Positions 47,741 through 63,290 of a stretch of 64,000 nucleotides of DNA are shown here, piece by piece. Numbering within the stretch: position 1 is the first letter of the stretch; the number at the start of each line of letters is the position of its first letter. Position numbers and translations under genes: made by a program. The stretch is taken from the NCBI RefSeq assembly GCF_009914755.1, contig NC_060933.1. One strand, given 5' to 3'. Source of the stretch: the human T2T-CHM13v2.0 reference genome, Homo sapiens. The notes below the pieces were generated by a model. That model searched no databases and was not told the DNA's origin. It worked only from the letters and a program-made list of their open reading frames with translations.

Positions 47741-48301
47741 ACTTAAGGCCAAGGAGGTTTCCCAGCTCCATGCCTAGGCACATATCTGGGCATTTGGTGT
47801 CCGCCCACTGGATTCTCCCTTGGTGCTGGTGCTCGTGCCTGCTGCTGGGGAAGTGTAGGCAAACCTGCCCAGTCCTGCCCTGCCCATCTTGCCACCCACT
47901 TCACCGGGGCTGAGGAGGGAGCTCAGACCACTATGTACTCCATGAATTAGCCTGTTGTCTAAGTCAGTAGAGAGTTTCTGCCAGTGAGCAAGGACACCCA
48001 GCCACAAAGGCCACCGCCAGCTCTTACTCATCTGCGCCATCTACTGGCTTGTAGGTCAAACTGCACAGCCCAATATAAAACCTGCCAACCAAAGTGCACA
48101 GGGCTGTAGAAGTAAAGCCAAAAGACCATACCCAGCATTCTCTACAATCACGCCCCCTAGGAAGGGAGGGGAAAGGGAAAGGGAGAGGGAAAGAGAAAGA
48201 GACAAAAAGAAAGAACAAAAATATATATGGAAAGAAAGAAAAATAAAAATTCCTGCCTGCATGAAATTAATTACAAAAATTAGAAGTGCCAGCACTTCCA
48301 G

Positions 48302-49363
48302 ATGAGAAGGAACCAGTGCAGGAATTCTAGCACCAAGAAATATCTGAATGTAGTAACGCCACCAAAGAATAACACTAACTCTCCAGCAATGGCCCCTAAC
48401 CAAAATGGAAATTCAGTTATGGCAGATAAAGAATTCAAAGCATGGATTGCAAGCAAGCTCAATGAGATCCAAGACAAGGTTGAAAAAGCAACACAAAGAA
48501 ACTTTGTAAGGCAATCCAGGAAATGAAAGAAAAGATAAACATCTTAAAAAGAAATTAATCATTAATCTAATTCTAAAAATTGTATTTTCAAATTCCTTAC
48601 ATGAGTTTCTAATTCTAACTCTAGAAGTAGAAAACTCACTTAAGGAATTACAAAATACAATTGAAAATTTCATCAATAGACTGAACCAAGCAAAAGAAGG
48701 AATTTCAGAGCTTAAAAACCAGTCTTTCAAACTAACCCCATCACACAAAACTAAAGAAAAAAAGAATTTTAAAAATGAACAGTCTTTGAGAAATATGGGA
48801 TTATGTAAATAAACTGACAGATCTTACAAATTACTGGCATTCCTGAGAGAAGTGGAGAAAAAGAAAATACCTTGGAAAACATATTTGAGAAAATAATTCA
48901 AGAAAATTTCCCCAATCTTGCTAGAGAGGCAGACACCTAGATACAAGAAATCCAGAGAACACCTATGAGATGCTACACAAAATGAACATCACCAAGACAT
49001 ATAGTCACCAGACTGTCCAAGGTCAATGCTACAGAAAAAATCTTGAAGACAGCTAGAGAAAAAGGTCAGGTCACATACAATGGGAGCCCCATCAGTTTAA
49101 CAGCAAACTTCTCAGCAGAAACCTTATAAGCCAGGAGAGATTAGATGTCAATTTTCAGCATTCTTAAAGAAAAGAAATTCCAGCCAAGAATTTCATATCC
49201 CACCAAACTAAGCTTCATAAGCAAAGGAGAAATAAAATCTTTTCCAAACAAGCAAGCCCTAAGGGAATTCACCACCACTGGACCAATCTTACAAGATAAC
49301 CATAAGAGAGTTCCAAACATGGAAAGGAAAGAACTATACCTGTTACCACAAAAACACACTTAA
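48302..49363 (+). pseudogene. Old L1 ORF1 remnant
   Basis: MRRNQCRNS... at the start and ...IFSILKEKKFQPRISYPTKLSF... at the end; many stops and frameshifts. Confidence 0.85.
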
Positions 49364-52101
49364 GCAGATAGCCCACAAATCCTATAAAGCAATCACCCAA
49401 TAGAAACTACAAAGCAACCAGCCAACAACTTCATAGAAGGGTCAAAGTCTCACATCTCAGTATTAACCCTGAATGAAATGGCCTAAAACCCCCCACTTAA
49501 AAGGCACAGAGTGGCAAGTTGGATGAAAAACGAGACCAATCTATCTCCTGTCTTCAAGAGACCCACCTCACATGTAATGACAACCATAGGCTCAAAGTAA
49601 AGGTTTAGAGAAGATCTGTCACACAAATGCAACACAAAAAAGAGTATAGGTAACTATCCTTATATCATATAAAACAGACTTTTATAACATATCATATATA
49701 AGTTATATATAAGTTTATATATATAAGTTATATATAAGTTTATATGATATAACTTATATCATATAAAACAGACTTTTCCAACAAGAGCAAAACAGGACCA
49801 AAAAAGGTAATACATAAAAAAAAAAGTGGGGCTCAATTCAACAAGAAGACTTAACTATCCTAAATACATATGCACCTAACATTGGAGCACTCATACTCAT
49901 AAAACAAGTACTTCTAGACCTACAAAAAAGACTTAGAGAGCATTATAATAATAGTGGGGGACTTCAACACACCCACTGACAGCATTAGACAGATCATTGA
50001 GGCAAAAAACAAACAAACAAAATCTGTAGTTAAATTCAACACTTGACCAATTGGACCTAATAGATATGTACAGAATACTTCACCTTCAACGAAAGAATAT
50101 ATATTCTCTGCATCTACACAAGGAACATACTCCAAAGCCAACCACATGCTCAGCTATAAAGCAAGTCACAATAAATTCAAAAAAATCGAAATCATACCAA
50201 TCGTACTCTTGGACCACAGTGGAATAAAAACAGAAATCAATACCAAGAAGACCTCTCAAAACCACACAATTACATGGAAATTAACTTACTTCAGAATGAC
50301 CTTGGAGTAAACAATAAAATTAAGGCAGAAATTTTTTACAAACTTCAATATAAATGAAAACAGAGATACAGCATACCAAAATCTCTGGGATGCAGACAAA
50401 GCAGCGCTAACAGGAGTTTTTAGTGCTAAACACCTACCTTGCAAAATTATAAAGATCTCAAATTAATGAACTAACCTCAAACCTAGAGGAACTAGAGAAA
50501 CAAGAACAAACTAACTCCAGAGCTAGCAGAAGAAAATAAATAACTAAAATCAGAGCAGAACTGAAAAAAAAAATTGAGACCCAGAAATCCATAAAGAATC
50601 AGCAAAATCAAAAGTTGTTTTTTGAGAGAATAAATCAGATTGGTAGACTACTAGCTAGATTATTCAAAGAAAAAAAACAGAGAAGATCCAAATAAGCACA
50701 ATCAGAAATGATAAACGCAACATTACAACCAATCCCAAAGAAACACAAAGGATCTTCAGAGACTATTATGAACACCTCTATGCACACGAACTAGAAAGTC
50801 TGAAGGAAATAGATAAATTCCTGGAAACACACAATCTGCCAAAATTGAAACAGGAAGAAATTAAAACCCTGAACAGACCAATATCGAGTTCCAAAATTGA
50901 ATCAGAAAAAAACAAACAAAAACAAACAGAAAAAATCCTACCAACCAAAAAAAGCCCAAGGCCAGATGGACTCACAGGACTCACGGCCAAATTCTACCAG
51001 ACATACAAAGAAGAGCTGATAATAATCCTACCGAAATTATCCAAAAACATCAAAGTGGAACGACTCCTGCCTAACTCGTTCTATGATGCAAGGATCACCT
51101 TGAGACCAAAACCTGGAAAAAACACACTGAAAAAAGAAAACTACAGGCCAATATCCCTGATGAACACAGATGCAAAAATCCTCAACAAAATCTAGCAAAC
51201 CAAATTCAGCATCACATCAAAAATTAGTTCACCATAATCAATTAGGCTTCATTCCTGGGATGCAAGATTGGTTCATCATATGCAAATCCATAGATGTGAT
51301 TCACCACATAAACAGAATTAAAAACAAAACCACTCGATCATCTCAATAGATGCAGAAAAAGCTTTTTATAAAATCCAACATGCCTTCATGATAAAAAACC
51401 TCAAGAAACTAGGCATCAAAGGAACATACCTCAAAATAATCAGATCATCTATTACAAACTCACAGCCAATATCATACTAAACAGACAAAACCTAAAAGCA
51501 TTCCCTTGAAAACTGGAACAAGACAAGGATGACCACTTTCACCAGTCTTAATCCAACATAGTACTGGAAGTCCTTACCAAACCAATCAGACAAGAGAAAG
51601 AAAAAAAGGCATCCAAATAGAAAAAGAAGAAGTCAAACTGTCCCGTCTTTGTGGACAATCTGATTCTATACCTAGAAAACTCTAAAGACTCCACCAAAGG
51701 CTCCTAGAACTGATAAACGACTTCAGTGAAGTTTCAGGATACAAAAATCACTGTACAAAAGTCCGTAGTGTTTTTATACACTAATAACATTCAAGCTGAG
51801 AGCCTAATTAAGAACAAAATCCGAGTCACAATAGCCACACAAAGAATACAATACCCAGGAATAGAGCTAACCAGGGAGCTAAAAAATATCTACAACAAGA
51901 ACTACAAAAAACACTGCTGAAAAAAAATCAGAGGTGACACAAACAAATGAAAAAACATTCTATGCTCATGGATTGGAAGACTCAATACCATTACAACGAC
52001 CATACTGGCCAAAGCAATCTACAGATTCAGTGCTATTCCTATTAAGCTAATAACTTCATTTTTCACAGAACTAGAAAAAGCTATTCTAAAATTCACATGA
52101 A

Positions 52102-52720
<619 letters not shown>

Positions 52721-53689
52721 AAATTCACGTGAAACCAAAAAAGAGCCCAAACAGCCAAAGCAATGCTAAGCAAAAAGAACAAAGATGGAGGCATCACATT
52801 GCCCAACTTCAAACCTTACTATAAGGCTACGGTAAACAAAATCGCATGGTGAAAGTACAAAAACAGACACACAGACCAATGGAATAGAATAGAGAACCCA
52901 GAAGTAAAATCTCAAACCTGTAACCATCAGATCTTTGACAAAGTCAACAAAAGTAAGCAATGGGGAAAGGAATCCCTATTAAATAAATGATACTGAGATA
53001 GCTGGCTAGCCAAATGAAGAAGAATGAAGTGGGACTCTTTCTGTTCACCATATACAAAAATTAAGTCAAGATGGATTAAAGATTTAAATGTAAGACCTCA
53101 AACTGTAAGAATCCTAGAAGAAAAGCTAGGAAACACCATTCTGGACATTGCCATGGGAAAGAATTTATGACTAAGTCCTAAAGTCAAAGGCAATTGCAAC
53201 AAAAACAAAAGTTGACAAGTGGGACCTAATTAAACTAAAGAACTTCTATACGGCAAAAGAAATTATCAGCAAAGAGACAACCTGCAGAATAGGGGAAAAT
53301 ATTAGCAAACTATGTCTATGTATCTGACAAAGATCTAATATCCAGAATCTACAAAGAACTTAAACAATTGAACAAGCAAAAAACAATCCCATTTACCAAA
53401 AAATGGGCACAAAACATGAATAGACAGTTCTCAAAAGAAGACATACAAGTGGCCAACAGACATGAAGAAATGCTCTGCAGCAGTAGTCATCAGATAAATG
53501 CAACTCCAAATCATAATGAGGTAGCATCTCACACCAGTCAGAATGGCTGTTATTAAAAAGTGAAAAAAAAATCAACAGATGCTAGTGAGGCTGTGGAGAA
53601 AAGGGAATGCTTATATGCTGTCAGTGGGAATGCAATTTCGTTTAGCAACTGTAGAAAGCAGTTCCGAGATTTCTCAAGGAACTTAGAAC

Positions 53690-53803
53690 CCACATTTACC
53701 TACGTAACATGACTGCACGTCCTGCACATGTAGCCTGGAACTTAAAATTAAATTAAAATTAAAAATGTAAATGAATCAATATTTAAAAAGAAAAGGAAAA
53801 AAA
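53690..53803 (+). mobile_element. Short 5'-truncated L1PA 3' end inserted in the old L1
   Basis: 'tttacctacgtaacatgactgcacgtcctgcacatgtagcctggaacttaaaattaaa' plus A-rich tail interrupts the host between 'gaacttagaac' and 'ctatttcaccccacaatcccattact'. Confidence 0.7.
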
Positions 53804-54883
53804 CAGAATTATTAATACTATTTCACCCCACAATCCCATTACTGGATCTGGGTATATATCCAAAAGAAAACAAATTTTTCAACCAAAAAGATATATGCAC
53901 TCGTGTGTTCACTGCAGCACTATTCACAATAGCAAAGACATGGAATGAACCTAGGTGCCCCCGTCAGTGGTGGATGGGATAAAGAAAATGTGTTACATAT
54001 ACACTATGGAATAGTACACAGCCATAAAAAAGAACAAAATCATGTCTTTTACAGCAACATGGATGCAGCTGGAGGCCATTATCCTAAGTGAATTAACACA
54101 AGAACAGGAAGCCAAATACTCCATATTCTCATTTGTAAGTAGGAGCCAAACAGTGGGTACTCATGGACATTAAGATGGCTACAATAGAAACTGAAGACTA
54201 CTACAGTGGGGAAAGAGAAATGGGGCAAGGGTTGAAAAACTGTTGGGTATATGCTAGGTACCTGCGTTAACATGATCCATCCTCAGCATCACACAATATA
54301 CCCAGGTAACAAACCTGCATGTGTCCTCTGAATCTAATATAAAACTTGAAATTACTTTAAAAAGAGATTACTAAAATGTCAGATAGCCAATGAATTTAAG
54401 CTGATGAAAGAATGATCTACTATGAAGGAAAAGCACTAAAGAAAACAGGTGCACAATTTTGAAAATATCTTCTGATTGAAGATAATATGTAAAAAGAGGA
54501 GTACAGTTAGCGATTTTATAACGATTCTTTCACACACACATCCCAATGACTTCTAGAATATATTTGGCTTTGGTTTTTGTACATATAACCATCTGATACA
54601 CTTTCAGGAACTCATTAGGTCTGAGAGTAAGAGACTCCATGCATACATCTGCAGGCAGAAGCTGAGAAGATACAGAATATGAAAGGAACCAGTAAAAAAG
54701 CAAGGGGAGGAAGAAAAGGCTGCATCCTAGGGAAACCAATACTTATTAACAAGCAGAGTAAGAGGAGCCCACCAAGGAACTAACGTATGACAGTCCAAGA
54801 AAAATGCAGAGAACCAGGGAGGTTGAACACACCAAGATGGAAGGGAGTTGATACCAAGAGAGTCAAGTATCAAGAAGGAATCA

Positions 54884-56010
<1,127 letters not shown>

Positions 56011-57784
56011 TGTTCCAACAAGACAAGACTAAGAATCCAGGCTGACAGAGAGGTTCAGCAGTGACCTCAATGAAAGCAGTTTCAAGGGATAGGTAGACAT
56101 ATTAAATATGGATGACTTCTCCTTTAAGAAATATGAATAAAAGAAAACTGTTTAGGCTGCACTCAAAGGATCAGGTGTGGTCAACAGGATTTCTTTTTTT
56201 TTAGTTTGTTTTTGTTCATTGTTTGTTTGTTTGCTTGCTTGTTCCAAGATGCAAGATACCTGAATCTGATTTAGAAGCTGACAGAACTGATCTAGAAGAG
56301 AAGAGTTGAAGGTATGGAAGGGAAAATATATAAGTGGTACAAGATCCCCCCATTTTCAAATTATGAAGGCAAACTCTACATGCTTTCTGGTCACTAGATC
56401 TAAGAAAATCTATAACAGAACTATCTGGAAAGGGAATCTTAATAGTGACCAAGGGATATTGCAAGTGAGTATTAGCTTCTATATATTTATTGAAGACATT
56501 TTAAAAAGAGGTGGAAATGTTTCACTGTGGAAAGAAAAAAGCTCAGAGAGGCTGTAATGAGGGTGTTCTAAAAAATTACTAAAAGACTGGCTTACACAGG
56601 ATCTCTTTCACCAAATTGCAGTATATGAAGACTGCCTGACATCTAACCTTGAAAGAGGCTTATTTTCTATTACTATTTCCAACTGAAAGTCATGATAATA
56701 TAAAACTCAGATGCCTATTAGCAGAAAATAGAGGCGTAGCTTTATGAACTGCTTTGGAAAATCCCACACAGCCTATGTGCAGTGGACATTTAAATAAACT
56801 ACAATATTCCCTGATCTCTGAGGTCAATGAAACAAGAGAATACTTTATAATCTCTCCCAAAGCATGTTGCTGAACTGGAAGAACTCTAGGCCTCACACCT
56901 TAAATTCTCAGGTCTAATAAGGGGTGTGAACCATCCATAAATGAAATGATATACTGGTGAAAAATGCAGAATTGTGGTAACGGTTTGAATGAAAATCTTT
57001 GATAGATCGAAACTCTGCATCAGTTTACCAAGAGCTGAACTGTTTAACTGTTTATTGAAATGCGACCTGTCAAATCTGAGTACAACTGAGAGATTAACAT
57101 AGTTTTCACAATTCAGTGTAGATACTTGGCATATCGCGCTGGGAGGAAGGGGGGAGGACGAAGTCCATGATACTGACAAACAACAACTGCTTAATATCCT
57201 TATTTGGACATTCGTACTCACTGACGCCAAATACATATTTTGTAGAGCCAGAGAGGATAGAAGCCAACAAAGACAACTTGCCCTTTTAAAATAACAGAAT
57301 CCCTAGACCAGAGGGCCCCTACAAAGGCAACACATTCATCCCTACCTCTGGGCTACACTTCCCAATCCATAATGGTATGTGGAGAATAATCCATAACATC
57401 TTTCATAACCCAGTCCAATTTTATCATCCAACCCCACCTCCCCTCCCGACACAGAGCAGCCACATGCTGAAGCTGCCCCCTTCGTCCCCACACTATGCAG
57501 AGGGAAGGTGGCCTCTGCCAGCCCCACTAAACTTAAGGATGCACACAAAATATTTACAACAGCCAGCATGACAAGAGGAGCACTCTTAACTTAGGAATTT
57601 CCATTCAGCCCAAGGCAAATAATCGCTGGTGATTTATGCTCCTCCACTGGATGGAAAAGAAACATTTGCAGGATTAAAATGTGTATTTTTTTCATTATGC
57701 CTTTACCTCAAAATGATGCTTATGGAGCAATTTAGAGACAGGTTACAAATCTGGGAGGATTCATAATTATTCCTGTTTAAAGTT

Positions 57785-58050
57785 AATAATAACAGCTAAA
57801 CAAATAGCTAACATGTTACTACGTGCCTTACACATAGTAAGATCTTCACAGACATTATTGCCTTTAATCTCCACAGCCCATACTATGTGTGACATAAGCA
57901 TAATCGTACTCATTGTGCCTGCATCGCAGGTGAGAAAAAAGCAGGAGAGAGAGGATATACTGGTTGCCCAAAGCCACACAGCTCATGAGTAGCAGACGGG
58001 GAACCCAGAACAGGCAGCCTGGCCCTGGGCTTGCATCCTTAACCATTATA
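57785..58050 (-). mobile_element. MIR relic
   Basis: 'gcaggtgagaaaaaagcaggagagagagg...gttgcccaaagccacacagct...gaacccag'. Confidence 0.75.
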
Positions 58051-59933
58051 CCTCACTTCCTCCAAACAGGTATGAGGCAAAAAAGCAAAGGGAATGATCT
58101 TTTTAAGATCACTTTTGGGTCACTGATTCTATAATTCTAACTTCGCTTTCTTTATCTGGCTAAAATACTTCCACTTCAGCTGCCCCAAAAATGCTATATA
58201 TCCCTGGAACCAAGTTGGGGGTAGCGGTGTGCTTTAAACAGCACAGTTAGTGTGTGTGACTCAATAACCATTCTGTACACCACCAGGAAAGTGACTTTTA
58301 TTCCACTAACGTCACATTAACCTCTTTGCCTGCCAAGAGCAGGCCTAACCAGGCCTGCAGTTTTCATTTGAGTTCAGTCCCCTGGGAGAAAAGCTTTTAT
58401 TTGACAAAGCAGATTCTTGCCACACATGAGTAATCTAAGAAACTGATTTCTAAAATATGGCTTCTTTATACGACAACAAGTAGACATTCTCCCCAAGTTA
58501 AATGACAAAGGAGATCTGATAATTAAGCGGCTTGGGCATGGGGGATGGAGAGGACTCCTGTTTTAAATCTCGAGACTGCAATGGCCACAAACAAGTTCTG
58601 ATCTTCAGTGGGCACATCTCCCTGCAGCTCAGCCTGACGTCAATGGCAAGGGGACTGAGCAAGGATCATGCCTCTGAATAGCTTCCAGAGAGTGGTCTTA
58701 AGAATATAAAGTCATGCTAAGTTGCTCAACATGGTGTAACATGAGTGTCTGAAAACAAGTGCTCTCTTCTGCCATTGCTAGAGTGGGCAGGATTGGAAGA
58801 GCCATTTCTTCTGAAGGCCCGTTTGGGAGAGGGGATTTTACAATTTAACCATGTCCTGTGCTCTCTGTAAAGTGTGACTGAAATTGTCTGTTAGGGAATA
58901 GTATGTTCCGCACTTGGGTAGAGAATAATTTGAAAAACCCTGGATGGTTGCTAGCGTTTAAAGAGTCTAACTCTATGTGACAAAGATAGGTGTCCAGTTT
59001 TGCCCAAAGCCTTATGCCACCCTCTAAATGCCTGGAGATGGAACTCAATGGGTGGCTGGCTCTTGGTGACACCAGTGACCAACACCTTGTGTGCCCTTCA
59101 GAGGAGGTGAATCTGTGGCTAGAAAGCCTCCAGCTTTCATGATATTCCTTTCCATAATAAAGGATGTCTGGATGGGAGGAGGTCTGGATCCCCAGCTTCT
59201 CTGATGGTGCACTTCTTCATAAAGCACTCTTGAGAACACTTCCCATAAATGTACATTTTCACATAAAGTTGCATCCATGCTACTGCTCATGCCAGGTGTA
59301 TCATAAGATATATATAAAAGTGTCATTTTAAAAGATGACATATAAATTACGTAAGTCCTAAGACTTTCTTCCTGCATCAAAATGGACGCTCATGCACCAC
59401 TCTGGAGACCCCCTGATCTAACCCAACCCCCTCATCTTATAAATGAAGATGTTCACTCAAAGAGGTAAAATTACCCTGAGTTCATCTAGAACCCACACAT
59501 CCTGACCCATACACTGGTGCTCCTTCCTGAAGATTTTCAACAGGTGCTTGTGCTACCTCCTTTCTGGGACATTTTGATGCATAGGGTATCTGGGTTTCTC
59601 ATAATGTCAGGGCATGTTACCGGCATTCATGGGTGTGGACCAGAGAAACTAAACGTCTTGGAATCTGTACAACAGTCCCACACACAAAGAACCCTCCTAC
59701 TCCAGGTGGCAAGAGCCCATCTGCAGAAAGTTTCTCAAGATGGACTTCCTTTTCCCAATAGAAACTTCACCAGCAACAAGTCTGTGCTATTCTCATTGTG
59801 CCTGCCATCCTCTTGGACTCTTATAAATCACAGCAATTCCATTTCATTTTTCTCTCCAATGTTAATGATAGCACTTGTCAGGAGAGGCTCACTGCTAGAG
59901 CCTTCATAGAATTCCTATCATGTTCCTCTCTGC

Positions 59934-60133
59934 CAGGGTTTCTTAACGTCACTCCTACTGACATTCTGAGCTAGCTAATTCTTTGTTGTGGGGGTTATTC
60001 TGTGCATCTCTGGATGTTTAACAGCATCCCTGTCCACTATCCACCAGAATCCAGTAGCATTCCCACCCCCCGAGTTGTGACCATCAAAATGTCTCCAAGC
60101 ATTGGCAAAATCACCCCAAGTTGAGAACCACTG
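59934..60133 (-). mobile_element. MER20
   Basis: Termini cagggtttcttaac...gttgagaaccactg with MER20 internal motifs. Confidence 0.88.
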
Positions 60134-61824
60134 CTCCAGGCCAAGACTGCAAAGAGGATCTGTGTACAAACATAAAGGAGACAAGACATCCCATCCCCTC
60201 ATCCGTAATGTTTTCCATCAATATCAGTCTATGGCTTAACATCAAGATAGGCTGCACATTTCAGGAAATGTAAGGATGATATTTTGTTCAGCTTGGTGTC
60301 CCCAGTGCTGGTATAATGCCTGGCACATAGTGGGCACCCCATTGAGTATTTACTGAATAAAAGATGCTTTCTTCAGAACAATACATACCTTAGTTAATTC
60401 AAGCCTTAATAAATGAGCCTAATTCCAGTAATAGAAGCCCCAAAGACCTTCTTGAGAAAACATCAGAAAGTACCTATTATGATAGTTTTGCAATATGTAA
60501 AGGATTTGTGGTATGGTTAATCATTCCATCTTTGAACAATCCAACCAGAAAGTAACCATCAGATTATCATGCCTCTTGTTATCAGCGAAGTTCAGCATCC
60601 AATTGCCTTTTCTATTTTGTGGTGGCCTTAGTTTATCTTAACATCCCTCTGCATTATCTGGGAAAGCATTTGAATTGCCAATCCGAAAACAGGGCTGTGC
60701 AACATGCTCTGAATTAGAATAGAATAGAATTTCAAATGTGGCCTGCTTAAATTCATATCCAGCAAGCTATTTATGACTGCTAAGCAGCAATTTTTTTTTT
60801 AAGAGCAAATTTTAGTGAGCTGCCCTGGGACTCTTTTCTTATGTGGGAATTCTACAATGCAGAAAACTTAAGTCTTCAGTTTAAAAATAAGCAAGGCTTT
60901 CTGGGAAATGACAGAGCTTCAAAATAAGGAAAGAAATACAATGCTTATCCTGCTCGTCCAAGGAAGCAGGGTACCTGCAGGCCCCACTGGCTGTACGCTT
61001 CGATGCAGCTTCACCTGCTAGAGCCAGTCTCCTTATGGTCTCACCAATAAGCAAGTCATGGGCCTGCCCACTTCTGGGCTTTCTCTTGTCCCCCAACTTG
61101 GAATGTCTGCCATTTTCCTTCTTCCAAGGTAAATTCCACACACCCGTACCCTCCCTTATCTAGGAAGCTTCCCTGACAGCTTTAGCTCCATGGGCCATCC
61201 TCTGCGCAGAGTTTCCACTATATTGATAAATTTGGAATCTGTACCACACTCTTCTCCACTTAAGTAAATCCTGTCTTGCAAGGTTAGGCTGTGATTTCCT
61301 ACGGATTAAACAGGCGCCCTCAACAAGGCTAAATTCCTTGAGCATCTGCACCATCCACACTCCACCAGCATCTAGCTCCATCCTGACCACATGGTAAGTA
61401 ACCAGTAATAACCTGTTTGCTGGACTATTCCAGATTGTGCCGAATACATGAACTTGTGCCCTAATCTTTATATGCATTTCCATGGACTCCATTTGTTTAT
61501 GTAAGTTCAAGGTCCACTTGGCTCCACTTTAATAAAATGCAAACAATATAATTCTCACTGGATGGCTGTCAACAGTGGGTTTTCCAGCAGGCTCCTAAGA
61601 CAGCATCACTGAAAAGGTCCCAAATTCATTCACACTCAGTGCAGAAAGAGATCTATCAAGCCTTGCCACCATCTCACCCATCCTGCACGCACCTTTTTCT
61701 GTAAGGAAAGAGACACTGTGTTACTAATTGCCAGCACACAACACCAGACGGAGGGATGAAAGGGCATATAGCCTTGGTTAAAGTTAGCCCTGAAGGCTAA
61801 GGGCTGCCGCATGCATTCTTAGCA

Positions 61825-62430
61825 GACATGTAAAATGGTGAAGCAACTTTGCAAAACAGTTTGGTAGTTTCTTAAAACGTTAAATTTAAATTTACCCAGA
61901 AATCCCACTCGTAAATATTTATTCAGAAGAAATGAAGTCATCCTTCTACTGAAAGACTTGTATGTGAATGTTCATAGCAGCACTGTTCATAACAGCCAAA
62001 AAGGGGAGACAACCCAAATGTCCACCAACTGATGAATGGAGAAGTAAAATGTAATATACTCATTCAATAGAATGTTATTTGACAATAAAAAAGGAATGAA
62101 ATACTGATACATGCTACAGCATGGATTGACCTTGAAAACATTTTTCTAAGTGAAAGAAGCCAGACACAAAGACCATAAACTGTGTTATTCCAATTGTATG
62201 AAATGCCCAGAAAAGGCAAATCCATAGAGACAGAAAGTAGATTAGTGGTTGCCTGGGGCTGGGAGTGGGAAAGAGGATTAACTGTAAATGTGCAGAGGAA
62301 TCTTACTGGGATTCTAAAACTGGATTATGGTCATGGTTGCACAATTTGGTAAATTTACCAAAAGTCACTGGATCATATGCATCGAGTGGGTGAATGATAT
62401 ATGTAAATTATACCTCGATTTTTAAAAATT
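61825..62430 (+). mobile_element. L1ME1/L1MB-type 3' end
   Basis: 'aacagtttggtagtttctt', 'caacccaaatgtccaccaactgatgaatgga', 'gacagaaagtagattagtggttgcctggggctggg'. Confidence 0.88.
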
Positions 62431-62612
62431 AAATATAAGAACAAATAACAAGGGTCATTGATCTGCTTTCTTCAAGGACTGACTTTCATCTCTTTTTCCC
62501 CAATGGCTGAGTTCTAGGTGCTTCCTCTAATGATCCACAGTGATGTCTTCAGCTTCATTTCACAGCCACACTTGTAGTGGCTCACATCTTAACAATGGAT
62601 CAATCACGAAAC

Positions 62613-63290
62613 CCATTCATTCATTAAGAAAAGATTTTCTGAGATCTTTGTATGAGCCAGGCACTGTGCTGGATACTTAGGACAAAATAGGAAACAAGGC
62701 AAATGTGGTCCCTTGCAGTCCCAGGGCTGAGGGTTACAGACACATAAGCAGGCAAAACAATACAGCAGTGTGTGCTACAACAGGGGCAGGGATGGTGGGG
62801 AAGACACACATGGCACACAGGTGGCGCCTCTCACCTTGATTTTGATATCAGAAATTCCTGAAAAACTAACTTTTAGCTGAGGTCTAAAAGGCAACTATGG
62901 AAACAAGGATGAGGCCAAAGGAAAAGAGTTTTCCATGCAGAGGAAACAGCAGATACAGAAGCCTAGAGGCAAGAGAGATAGAACATGTGAGGAACGGATG
63001 CTACTCCATCTAAATAGGGCATAGTGTTAGAGGCAATGAGTAGAAGAGAAGTTTCAGAAAAGTTAATGGGGGCCAGATGACAAAGAGCTTCATAGGCACA
63101 TTAAAGAGCTGGGGCTATACCCTGAGGGGTATGGGGAGGCAGTGCAGTGTTCTCAGCAAGTGAGTAATATAATCAGATTTGGGGTTTGCTGGAGATGAAT
63201 GGAAGAAGCCAAAACTAGAAACAGGAAGACCCGTTCATTAGGAGGCTGTTGGAGATTGTGACCTGGGCTGGAGAAGAGGCAGAAGCTGCC
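62613..63290 (-). mobile_element. L2 relic
   Basis: 'cattcattcatt', 'gccaggcactgtgctggatac', L2 body motifs. Confidence 0.7.

Noticed and set aside
56886-57236. 116-aa minus-strand ORF over the 57-kb island
   Set aside because: No recognisable protein similarity; the region is better explained as non-coding regulatory sequence
58635-58642. Perfect CRE palindrome TGACGTCA
   Set aside because: A single 8-mer with no promoter context; insufficient on its own
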